Below are positions 52,551 through 64,000 of a stretch of 64,000 nt of DNA, piece after piece; within the stretch, counting starts at the first letter, position 1; each line of letters opens with the position of its first letter. This stretch comes from the human T2T-CHM13v2.0 reference genome, Homo sapiens, in NCBI RefSeq assembly GCF_009914755.1, contig NC_060941.1. One strand, given 5' to 3'. The translations under genes and the position numbers were made by a program. The notes below the pieces were generated by a model. It saw nothing but the letters and a program-made list of their open reading frames with translations, had not been told where the DNA came from and did no database searches.

Positions 52551-52865
52551 TTTTTATTATATATATTTTTTGAGATAGGGTCTTGCTTTGTTGCCCAGGC
52601 TGGGGTGCAGTGGTGCAATCACTGCTCACTGTAGATTCAACCTCCCAAGCTCAAGCAATCCTTCCACCTTGGCCTCCCAAATTGCTAGGACAACAGGTGC
52701 ACATCACTATGCCCACCTTTTTTTTTTAACTTTTGATAGAGACTGGGTCTTGCCATGTTGCCCAGGTTTCTCTTGAACTCCTTGAACTCCTGGGCTCAAG
52801 GAATCCTCTCATTTCAGCCTCTTCAACTGCTGGTATTACAAGCATGAGCCACCATATGGGCTGGA
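52551..52865 (-). mobile_element. Full-length AluJ
   Basis: GAGATAGGGTCTTGC...GCTCAAGCAATCC...GGGTCTTGCCATGTTGCCCAGG...CCTGGGCTCAAG (J diagnostics). 12 bp TSD AGCTGATTTTTA at 52539 and 52866. Internal 9 bp tandem duplication CTTGAACTC at 52772-52789. Confidence 0.92.
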
Positions 52866-53841
52866 AGCTGATTTTTAAAATACTGAGATCATATAGATGA
52901 CAGCACCTGAAAAATAGACAACACCAAGCTTTATGTTAAAAGGTGTGAGGGTATCAATATTGTTGTGGCTATTGGGGAGGAAAACATTAGTAAAACCAGT
53001 GAGTTAAAGCTGTTGCTTTAAACTTTGGCTTTAATTCAACAAATGTTCTCTGTGGTGATAGTATGTATGTAACCATGCTATGCCCATTCACTGATGCAGT
53101 AGAGGGAAGAATTTCTCAAAGACAACTGTTCTAAGATTGAAATTAAACCGTACTGGGTTTGAAAAGAGAAAGTCCAGGACTTACCAAATATTTTAGATAT
53201 CAGATAAAAGCGAATGGTAGGTATGCGATGATAATCAGCAATGGTTGTTCACACAATATATCAAATCAGTATTTCAATTAGCTTTTGAATTACAAGGACA
53301 AATGGATCAAGTCTTGACTCTTTAGTAGATAAATCTTATTAGGCTGAGATGTGTTTTCACCTGTTTTTCCACAAGGAGATTGCAAATTTGCAAACCTCAG
53401 CTGCTTTCATTTTATGCTCTCACCAATGCAAAAGCTGAAGTTCATCAATCAGTGTGTCTAAGTGTTCACTAGTTATATACCATTTTGTAGTTTAGGCTAT
53501 CTTTCCAACTTCCTAAATCATCACCTTCATTTGACCTTGTTTTTTTCCACTATCACTTCTTTGTTGACCATATAAAAAATACAAGTAAGTTCTTATTTCG
53601 TTATTGTTCATTTTAGTCTAATCTCATCAAAATATCATAATTCTTTAATTTCATTTTAATTTCAAAGATGAAATGAAACCTACATAGAAAAGAGTGTAAG
53701 ATTGCATTTGCGTTATTTTGGCATCAATTTGCTATCCTCCCTCATACACAGAGATCATTTCCATGTACTGGATTTCAAACATCCAAGTGCAGTATTAAAA
53801 GCAGTTGTAAATTATGGTTCTCATTTTCATGATACAATTAC

Positions 53842-54656
<815 letters not shown>

Positions 54657-54743
54657 GACATAATCTATTTACTGGCAGATTAAAGTGTTCTTTATTTTTC
54701 TTCATCCCTGTCTTAATTTTTTTTAAATAATATGAATTGTAGT

Positions 54744-54789
54744 AAAGAGAAAGAAAGAAAAGGAAAGAAAGAAAGTAAAAAGGAGGAAA

Positions 54790-54830
<41 letters not shown>

Positions 54831-54921
54831 AGAAAGAAAAGAAGGAGGAAATGAGAGAAGGAAGGGAGGGAGGGAGGAAGGGATAAAGGCAGGAAGGGAG
54901 ACAAAAGAAAGAAAGAACACA

Positions 54922-54961
<40 letters not shown>

Positions 54962-55401
54962 AGAAAGAGACAGAGAGAGAAAGAAAGTGAGAAAGAAAGA
55001 AAGGAAGGAGGAAGGGAGGAAGGAAAGGAGGAAGAGAGAATGGTAAAAGGGAGGAAGGCAAAGAAAGAAAATAAAGAGGAAAAGGAAGGAAGGAAGGAAG
55101 GAAAAATGAGGAAAGGAAGGGAGGCTGGAAGGAAGAAAAGGAGGGAGGGAGGATGGGAGAAAAAGGAAAGAAAGCAAGGAAGTGAGAAAGAAAGAATAAG
55201 AGAAAAGAAGGAAGAAAAGAAGGGAGGGACAAAGGAAGGGAGGGAGGAGGGAAGGAAGAATCAGAGGAAAGGAAGCAAAGAAGGAAGGAAGAAAAAAAGA
55301 AAAAGAAAGGAAAAGAAAAAGAAAAGAAAGAGGAAAAGAAGAAAGGAAGGAAGAAGGGAAGGGAAGAGAAGAGAAAGGAAGATGGAGAGAAGGAAGGAAG
55401 A
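54744..55401 (+). repeat. ~650 bp GA-rich polypurine tract including (GAAA)n and (GGAA)n runs
   Basis: Almost pyrimidine-free on +, with perfect (AAAG)n runs near 54790-54830 and 54920-54960. Confidence 0.95.
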
Positions 55402-55479
55402 CCGCAAACATTAGAAATTCTGGGTTTGTTAGAGAATATGCCATACCGTTTTTTTTTTCACTTGAAAGGAAAGAGTACC

Positions 55480-55920
55480 TGCCATTGAAGATTGGATGTC
55501 TTGTTGGTGATATTGTTCTTATCTTCCATATGATTACTGAGTTTGTGCCTAGTCTGTCCCTTACTAAGACAAAAGTTTTGAAGTCTGCAAATATAATTTT
55601 GGATTTTTCTAGTTCACCTTTGATTTCTTTCTTGTTTTACCTCATGTATTTGGAGGTTCTGTTGTTAGCTGCATACCCTAATTAGTAGGATGTTTACATC
55701 TTCTTGAGAATTGATTATTATATTATCTATTATCTCTCATCTCTGATACTATTTCTTGTTCTGAACTCTGTTGTGTCTAATATCAATGTAGTCCTTCCAC
55801 AGCTTTATTTTAGTGTTTCCATGATATGGCTTTCTCCATATCTTGATGATAACCTATTTATATCTCTATATATTTGGAGCAAGATATAAAATTTAGAGTT
55901 GATTTTTTAAAGATTTTCCA
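55480..55920 (-). mobile_element. Ancient L1 (L1M) ORF2 endonuclease-region fragment
   Basis: TTGAAGTCTGCAAATATAATTTTGGATTT...ATGTATTTGGAGGTTCTGTTGTTAGCTGCATAC...TCTTCTTGAGAATTGA...TCTAATATCAATGTAG resembles antisense L1M ORF2 5' sequence. Confidence 0.7.
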
Positions 55921-56320
55921 AGATGTAATTCTTATTTATTTTTGTTCTATTTGAGATTCTCTGAGTTTCCTATATCTGAAGTTTGATTTTCTGTCACTTC
56001 TTTTAGAATATTTTTGGCAGTTATTTTGAAAAATATTTCTTTTGCTCCAGTATTTTTTCCTCTTTTCTTTTTGGGATTTCAATTATAACTAGGGTAGGTA
56101 ATTTCATCTCAGTCTTATGCAGGTACTTTTTCTCAGGATCTCAGGAATGTAGACTTCTCACACTTCTGTTCTTTTCCTGGCTGTGTTGGTGAGCTCAGTG
56201 ATATTCCTCCTTCACCTTCAAGAGCAGTTTTGTTTTGTTTTTCCTGTTTTCATACTTCCAGCATCAGGAGTATTCTAGTTGTGTCAGTTTTTGTTACCTT
56301 CCCCTACATATTAAGTGGAA

Positions 56321-56600
56321 TATCTTGGTCTATTTGGACTCTTATAACAAAATAACATGAACTGGGTGACTAAAAAACAACAGATATTACTTTTTTCACA
56401 CTTCTTGAGGCTGTAAGATCTCAGGTCAAGATGCTCACAAATTCAGTGTTGATGAGAGCCCATTTCATGGTTCATAGATGGTGCCTTCTTTCTATGTCCT
56501 CACATAGTGGAAGGCACACAAGAACTCCATTGAGCTTCTTTTAAAAAGGCACTAATCCCATTCATAAGGGCTCGGCCCCCAAGAGCTGGTCACCTCCCAA
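56321..56600 (-). mobile_element. MLT1A-like MaLR LTR (partial)
   Basis: TATAACAAAATAACATGAACTGGGTG...GGTTCATAGATGGTGCCTTCT...GTCCTCACATAGTGGAAGG...GGCACTAATCCCATTCATAAGGGCTC...TCACCTCCCAA. Confidence 0.8.
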
Positions 56601-57434
56601 GTGTTCTGCTCTCCCTGATCTGTATCATATACAGACTCTCTTGGATTCCTTACCAATTGCTTGAGAGATCGCAGTGGGTTTGTAGGGAAAAAGTTTTCAC
56701 GATGATGGATCTTTCCCAACTTCTGCAGCTGTCAGCCGTCTCCCAATCTGACCAGCCCCACTTTGTCCTTAGGAATATATTGGTTATTCCAGCTTTACTT
56801 GTCATAGTGGTGTCTATTTGCATCCGTCCTATGTAAGTGCATCTGTCCTCTTTCGCCTTGCAGATGCTTGCTTTCCCTCACATTTTGACTCAGTTCTTGG
56901 CAACCTGGTTGCTATAAAAATAAAGGCATGACTTTGAAGTTAGTTTGGTTATTACATTGTTGTAAGGTTAGGAGCCCTATTCCATCCCAGCTCTGCAAAA
57001 CCCAGAATTTTTGGGGGGTTGAAATTTTAGGCTTTCTCTTTGAATTGTAGTTTTATCTTATTTCAGTTACAATTTGCATTATCATAATGATTAATGAGAC
57101 TAAGCTTTTTTTGTGTAGTCGACTGTACCTTTGGATTTTTTTCCCAAATCCCTTTTCATTTCTTATTTTCTTTATGGTTTCAGAAAATGTAGTTTACATA
57201 ATTGCAGATTGATTTTTTAATCAGTTAATGGCATGCTTAATGGAGAGAAAAAATATTAACTATATTTCCCTTTTTAATTACTGTGCCTTTTTCTTTTTTA
57301 AGGAAATATTTCATTACGTTAAATTTTAGTGTTATTCTACTTAGCTATTCCTTAAGTATTATAGTATTTTGGATTTCACATATAAATTTATAACACATCT
57401 TGAGTTTTTTGTATATAGAGTAAGGCTATTTTCT

Positions 57435-57897
57435 CTTTTTTGTTTTTTAACGCAAAAATCACATAATATAAAATTAATAACTTAACCATTTTAAAACATA
57501 CAATGCAATTGCTTTTAGTATATTCACAATGTTCCAGGGCAATTTCATCATGTCCTTTCCAAAAACCCATTATGCATAAAGTTGTTACACCCTATTCTGC
57601 TTCCCTGAGCCCTAATGACCACTAATCTGATTTATATCCCAATTGATTTGCCGATTCCTGATATTTCATGTGAATAAAATCAAGTAATATTTGTCCTTCT
57701 GTGAACTTAACATAATGCTTTCAAATTTCACCCATATTATACCATGTATAAGTACTTCATTCTTTGTTATAGCTGGAAATTGGGTGTCCATTTATGAGTC
57801 AACAAGCATAGGGATTGTTTCCACTTTTTGACTGTATGAATATTACTGCTGTAAATATTCATGCACATGTTTATTGTTTGAGCACCTATGCTTTTTA
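57435..57897 (-). mobile_element. L1MB-like 3' end
   Basis: AACCATTTTAAAACATACAAT...TTTTAGTATATTCACAATGTT...ACCACTAATCTG...TTGTTTCCACTTTTTGACT...GCTGTAAATATTCATGCACATGTTT. Confidence 0.75.
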
Positions 57898-57899
57898 AG

Positions 57900-59366
57900 A
57901 GTAACAGCTGACTTAACAGAAACAATGGAAGGCAAGAGGCAGTAGAATAATATAGTCAAAATATGCAAAGGAAAAAAAAACTGTCACCCACCAATTCCTT
58001 ATCCAGCAATTATTTTTCAAAAATGAAGATAACACAAAGACTTACCCAGATAAACAGAAATATTAACTGAAGTTGTTGCTGGCAGACCTACCATATTAAA
58101 AAAAAAAAAAAAAACTAAAATAAATTCCTAAGGCTAAAAGCAAGTTACACAAGACTGTCATTTGAATCCACATTTTTAAAAAAGCACTGGTATAGGTAAT
58201 ATTAACATTATAAAAGACAGTATAAATGCAAGTTTTCTCTTTATCATAAATTGTTTATAAAATAATATGTGTATAACGGCCGGGCACGATGTCTCATGCC
58301 TGTAATCTCAGCACTTTGGGAGGCTGAGGCGGGTGTATTACGAGGCCAGAAGATCGAGACCATCCTGGCTAACACAGTGAAACCCCGTCTCTACTAAAAA
58401 TACAAAAAATTAGCCGGGCGTGATGACGGACGCCTGTAATCCCAGCTACTCAGAAGGCTGAAGCAGAAGAATTCATGAAGCCGGGAGATGGAGTTTGCAG
58501 TGAGCGGAGATTGTGCCAGTGCACTCCAGCCTGGGAGACAGAGGGAGACTCCGTCTCAATGATAATAATAATAATATGTGGATAATGTATTGCTGAATAT
58601 TTGACATGTAGAAATGTAACATGTCTATAACATATTTTCCAGTAGCATCAAAAAGGAGGTAGTTGGAAGAAAAATGTATTGTTAAGGTAATCCCTCTGGA
58701 TGGTAAAGTAATAATTACTAAAATGTATTGTTGGCTTTGTAACTTTAATAGATGTAATGTGTAAAGTGATAATACTTTAAAATGGAGGAAATAAAAGAGA
58801 TTTGTAAAAGAATGATGTTTCTATGTATTACTAAAAGTTTACTAGTATAAATTGGAAGACGATTTGAATAATTAATTTTCCATATACTTATATGGTAAAC
58901 TTACAACAACAACAAAAATTCTCAAAAATATATAGTAAAATAATTCATTAGCAATCTAAAGTTCCCTGTTTTGGAAAATATTCACTCATTGCAAAATAAA
59001 GCAACAAAGAAAAATATTTGGGAAATATACAAAACAAACGGTAAAAAGGCAGACATAAATAGAATTATACCAATTATAATATTAAATGTGAGCAGATTAA
59101 AGTCCAATCAAGAGGCAGAGATTGTCAGACTGGATTAAAACAAGTGATCCCAATATACACTGAGATGCAAGGATACTAATGGATTGAAAGTAAAAAGATG
59201 ACAAAAAATATCATGCAAAGAGCAATCATAAGAACACTGAACTCATTATACTCATAACACATGATACAGACTATTAAAAATGTGAATAGTATTTTAAAAA
59301 TTTATATTGTAGTAATAAGGGGGTCAACGCTTTTGGAAGACATAGCTATTACAATCATGTATGCAC
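57900..59366 (+). mobile_element. Ancient L1 fragment: ORF1 C-terminal region, inter-ORF spacer and ORF2 start, interrupted by AluY
   Basis: AACAGCTGACTTAACAGAAACAATGGAAGGCAAGAGGCAGTAG resembles the TADFS.ETMEARRQW motif. ATATTAAATGTGAGCAGATTAAAG...AGGCAGAGATTGTCAGACTGGATTAAAA resembles the ORF2 endonuclease start. Confidence 0.75.
58278..58569 (+). mobile_element. Full-length AluY with an (AAT)n tail
   Basis: GATCGAGACCATCCTGGCTAACACAGTGAAACCCC and right-arm GGAGTTTGCAGTGAGC. TSD of about 16 bp, AATAATATGTG(T/G)ATAA, at 58261 and 58570. Confidence 0.92.
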
Positions 59367-59367
59367 A

Positions 59368-59793
59368 GATAGGAGCTAAATTGTTTCCTCTATATAGATG
59401 CTGAAATCCTAACCACTGAATATGACCTCATTAGGAAATAGGTTCTTTGCAGGTGATCAAGTTAAGATAAAATCAGATGAGCCTGAATTCAATATGACTG
59501 ATGTCCTTATAAAAAGAAGAAATTTGAGTAGAGGGAGACATACACACAGGGAGGGTACCATGTGATTATGAGGGCAGAGATTAGCCAAGGAATGCCAAAG
59601 ACTGCCACTAAACCACCAGAATCTAGAAACAAGGCATAGAACCGACTTTCTCTCATAGCCCTTGAAGGGACCATCCCTGCTGATACCTCAATCTCAGACT
59701 TTCAGCTTCCAGGACTATAAGACTATAAATGTATGTTGTTCAAGGCACCCAGTTTGTGTTACTTGGTTATGGCAGCCCTAGAAAACTAATACA
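59368..59793 (+). mobile_element. MLT1C-like MaLR LTR
   Basis: GAATATGACCTCATTAGGAAATAGGTTCTTTGCAG...AGCCAAGGAATGCCAAAGA...TTATGGCAGCCCTAGAAAACTAATACA. Confidence 0.85.
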
Positions 59794-59829
59794 TGAGCTA
59801 ATAACAAAGCATAATAACATGAAGCAAAA

Positions 59830-61360
59830 ATTGACAAAAGAGGAGCATCAGCAAAATGGCAGTGGAGACAGCTGCAATCTTTCATTTCCCCACAGAAACA
59901 TCACACAACTAAGAGAAACTGTCTGAATAAACTTTTCCAAAACTCTGGAAAATGGTCAAAAGATTACAACAACCAAGTGAAAGCACACTCAAGAAAAAGA
60001 CAACTTGAAAACTTTATGACATTTTTAACTTGCCTTTGCCCCAGCAAATTGGCAGTTTTGAAGTGTCAGAAGCCCACGTTCCCAGTGAGGAACCCTGGTC
60101 CATGGTTCAAAGGAACAAGAGAAGATCTTACCCACAAATTATTATGTATCTGTTCTGACTGGTCTGGGGGATACCTAAAGGACTAATGAAAGGTTTTTTT
60201 TTTTTTTTTCTGTGTTGCTAGAATACAGAAGAGATAAGGAATGGACATTATTAAGAAACTCTGCAAGGAGACCTAACAAACCACAGATGCTTAGGGCAAA
60301 AATTAGAGTTTACACATATAGTAGATCACCTTCAGCACAGGAAGAAAAGTTGGAGAAGAGTATTTGGAAAACTAAGACATTCAAAATCATTCACGGACAT
60401 GGGAGTGTCTAGAAATTCACATGTATGCATAGGTTTAGCCACATGCTGACAAATGTCATAAGAAGACCCTACACGTTTACCTTGGCTGATCCCTCCCCTC
60501 AGTGCAAGCTCTGTGCAAGTGTGAACTTGAACTTCACTCAGTGCAAGAGTGAACACACACTTTGTGCCGGCATTAAAGAACCCAGCACAAAGCCAGTCTG
60601 CATGGCCTAGAAACATATTTTGCTGGATAATGATTCCTTGTTTTTCTTTTTTTGTTGTATTTGCCTGTTTGCTTAGTTCCTGACATACAATAAAATCACT
60701 GTCAAAACATTAGCTTAACATTTGTTAAGGAAACAAAAAGACTTCAGTGACCACACCTTATAAAGCAAACAGTTTTGTAAATCACTTTGGAAAATTTCAC
60801 TAAAAATTAAAACCTTAACAATAATAAGTAAATAAAACTTAAAACCACAAAACATTAGTGTGTTTGTGGGGGGGGTCTGATTTACAGAGTAACCACATAG
60901 TAATTATAATTATTATAATGTCCAGTTTTCAAAAAGTTACAAGGCATACAAAGAATGGGAAAGTATGGCTCATTCAAAGGAACAAAATAAATTGACAGAA
61001 AATATCTCTAAGGAAACCCAGACATCAAACTTACTAGACAAAGACTTTAAAACAACTCTCTTAATTATACTCAAATGTCAAAAGGAAAACAGAAACAAAG
61101 AAATAAAGGAATCAGAAAAAATATTAAAAAGTAGAACTATCAACAAAGAGATAACAGAAATTCTGGAGTGGAAAACAACAATGATAAAAATTTAAAAATT
61201 ACCAGAAGGATTTAAGAGTATATTCACACACACAGAAGAAGTCATGAGCTTGAAGATAAGAAAATGGAAAATATTCACTCTGAGAAACAGATAAAAAATG
61301 AGCAGAGACTAAGGAATCTGTGGGACATCATCAAATAGACCAACATTCATATTCTAGAAA
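59830..61360 (+). mobile_element. Ancient L1 5' UTR and ORF1 N-terminal/coiled-coil fragment
   Basis: ORF 60965..61195 (MAHSKEQNK...LLDKDFKTT...EILEWKTT) resembles the ORF1p N-terminus of old L1M lineages. AGACTAAGGAATCTGTGGGACATCATCAAATAGACCAACATT resembles LRDLWDNIKRTNI. The frame is broken by stops and frameshifts. Confidence 0.7.
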
Positions 61361-61389
61361 GTTAAATTATGTTGTTAAAAACTTTACCA

Positions 61390-61530
61390 TTCTTTCTTTT
61401 TACCTTTCTTTCTTCCTCCCTCCCCCTCCTCTTTACTTTTCATCCTCTTCCTTTCTCTTATTTCTCTCCTTCATTATCCCTTTCATTCTGTTTCTCTTTC
61501 TCCCTTTCTCTTTTTTCTTTCAATTTTCTC
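61390..61530. repeat. CT-rich low-complexity tract
   Basis: TTCTTTCTTTTTACCTTTCTTTCTTCCTCCCTCCCCCTCCTCTTT... Confidence 0.85.
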
Positions 61531-62249
61531 AATTACTAAGAGATGTTTAAATACCCTTACCATGTTAGTACATATGGTTATTTATCCCTTTAGTTCTCTT
61601 TTGAGATTTATAGTCACTCTAAGTAAAGAGATAACCCAAACATAAGCCCCACAAACAGGCTTCCATACCATTCTTAATTTGGTCCTGTAATTCTTTGTTG
61701 CTGTATTAACTTTCTGATGCTTTTAAGGATGTTTTATAACAAATTGTTTAGTTTTTTCCAATGGAATGTTTATTCTGAATTATCTAATTCATATTGTAAG
61801 TATATAGGGAGTTTAATATAAAATTATTAAACTAATATTTGTGAAAGAATGTATTTGTGCATTTAACAAATATGTTAATCCTCAAACTGTTATTGGGCAG
61901 CTGAGCATACAGCAATGAAAATAACATAATTTTTATGTGTACAATATTTATGGAATACGTTACTGGAACAAATAAATAATTTAGTTAATAACATGACAAA
62001 GAACAGAAATGGTATACACTACAGAGCACAGTAATGGAATAATGAATGATTAAAGTTATTAATATTAGGTAGAAAATGAAGGGTATCTTTGAGAGCAGAT
62101 CTCAGGGAGAAAGCAATTCACCTTATGAGGAAAGAGTTACCTGTGGATAAAGGAGAATCTGAAAAATTTACAAGTCAAGACTTTTTGAGCAAAAACAAAA
62201 ATATGACTATTAGGCACCAATTCAGTACAGTGAAAAAAAAGTTGAAGAG

Positions 62250-62660
62250 ATATCTTGGAAGTAAACCATGTTGTGGAAGAACATGTAGGGTTTTGATAAT
62301 CATGGGATGATTCTTAATTAATTTTAAATGCGATAGGAATATATGAGATAATTTCACCAGAGAATAACATGATTGTGTTTGCATTTCAAAGGGGTGTATC
62401 TGGTGCACTGTGTAGAATAAGTAGGTCATGTGAGCAAATAAATTGGGAGGCTACTGTAATCCAGAGAAAAAAGGTAGTGACTTAGGTGAGAATGCTGTTA
62501 GTATGAGTGGTATTAGTGGTGAGAAGTCGTTAGGCCATGGATGTATTTCATAGGACTGGCCAAGAGAACTGCAGCTAAATTGGAGTGTAGGGAGTGAAAT
62601 GGAGAACTCAAAGATGACCCTCAGCACTGGAAGGTGACAGCTGTCACTGAAGCATGCTGA
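62250..62660 (-). mobile_element. L2 fragment
   Basis: ACATGATTGTGTTTGCATTTCAAAGG...TGTGTAGAATA...GGAGGCTACTGTAATCCAG...TCAAAGATGACCC are typical antisense L2 motifs. Confidence 0.65.
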
Positions 62661-64000
62661 TGCCTCTTATTAAGAGAGTTACTTGGGAATGGCAAGATCA
62701 AAACTTCTCACTTTCAAATTTATGAAAAATATTGTTTTCAGAACAAATGACTTTGGGATCAGAAAGCCATCATTCTAATTGATGGCTCCATGACTACACA
62801 GGCTCACACTCCCAAGAACAAAATCATCACAAAGGTGCTTCCTGATAATTCTAGAGAATGGAGAATTACTGTAACATCTTTCTGATTTTAGGAGAGGTAG
62901 CAGTTCCCTTTTTAGCCTAAATGCTATTTTTTTTAAAGCTCAGGCAAGAGACTCCATTATAATTTTCAAATGTGTATAACTTAACTTCTCATATTAAATA
63001 CCATTATGCTTAAATTAGTCAAAACATTTTCCCCATCTACAACTCTATCTTTTCATTGCAATCATTTTCACAAAAGTGACTGCAGCTAACAGACCCTAAA
63101 AGGGGAAAATCTAGGGTAGGTTATCTGATCTAGTTAGTTTTGAAGACAGGATCTAGAGATTATTTAATATGAAATAGGTCACCTGAAATGAAGTGTTTAC
63201 TGAAAACAGCTTGGATCAGCCCAGTTTTCTACCACTGAACCATGCATTTGGTTTAAAAAACACAACAACTCTGGGGAATATTGGCTGCTTCCAACTGTAT
63301 TGAAGGTGTTAAAGAAAAGAGCATAAAATTATAAATGATCATCTGAGGCCTTTATAGTCTCTGCTCAAGAGACTAGAGTCTTCCATTCTTAATGAAACAC
63401 CCAAATATCTTCATAATTAGGCAAATTCTAAATATCAGAGAGATAATTTTATCTTGAAGATTGTTAAATTATAATGGTGATTCACTACCTTGCCAAGTCT
63501 CTGAGTCAAAAATTAGATCTTTGTTTAGGAATTGATGGTACTTTGCAACTTGGAAATAGGAAGATTTTAGAAGACTCAAACATTGACTTTCTTGTGTGCA
63601 AAAAAAAGACGTATTGAGATAAGACAAGTCTTTCCTTGCAAGGATACCCCTAATGCTCATACACCACCTCCCCTAACGTTAATATAGCTTCCAGATCACT
63701 AACCAGTGTCAGAGAGCAGCCTATGCAACTACAAATTCAAAAGATGTTGAACACAGGGTCAAGCCTAGAATAAGGAGTCTTAGCTAATTTAGTATGCTTT
63801 TTTCCCGAAATTCATATTAACAAAAACTTGGATATGTCAGAGAATGCATTCTAAGTTCACTCAACCTAGGAGGGAGAAACATAATTTTAAATTAAGAGCT
63901 GAAGCAATCTTGTCCTAACAAAAAGCAAGGAAAACGAAATATCACCCCACAGGAAGGATTTCACAAATTAGTGTCAACATCAAAACCTTAAAATAGGCAA

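Noticed and set aside
54713-55444. 243 aa F/L/S-rich and 124 aa K/R/E-rich ORFs
   Set aside because: Translations of the GA-rich low-complexity tract.
60965-61195. 76 aa L1 ORF1-like ORF
   Set aside because: Truncated relic of an ancient L1 with downstream stops and frameshifts, not a functional CDS.

Overview
Primate (human or great-ape-like) pericentromeric boundary with no credible protein-coding gene. Positions 1-43,606 are a Satellite III (HSat3)-type (GGAAT)n/(GGAGT)n array with the G/A-rich strand on +. It is a composite array: I counted 57 same-orientation copies of a ~60 bp 3' fragment of an Alu right arm (GTGAGCTGAGATTGTGCACTGCACTCCAGCCTGGGTGACAGAGTGAGATCCTGTCGAAAGAAAG), spaced 232-1,406 bp apart. 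Variants in these cassettes show nested periods of 5 bp, a 0.2-1.4 kb Alu-tagged monomer, ~2.1-2.2, ~3.0 and ~6.1 kb higher-order units, and an imperfect ~17 kb super-period. The array ends sharply at 43,606. The remaining 20 kb is AT-rich and transposon-dense (four full-length Alus, MER20, ERV1 and ERVL LTRs, THE1, MLT1s, old L1 and L2 pieces, a 650 bp polypurine tract) and resembles segmental-duplication DNA. The ORF track is artefactual: pentamer translations (MEWNG/FHSIP), Alu frames and L1 relics. I see no evidence of a new enzymatic system. The most interesting signal is the architecture and possible Alu-tail origin of the satellite. All repeat subfamily calls were made by eye from remembered consensus sequences and need RepeatMasker/Dfam confirmation.
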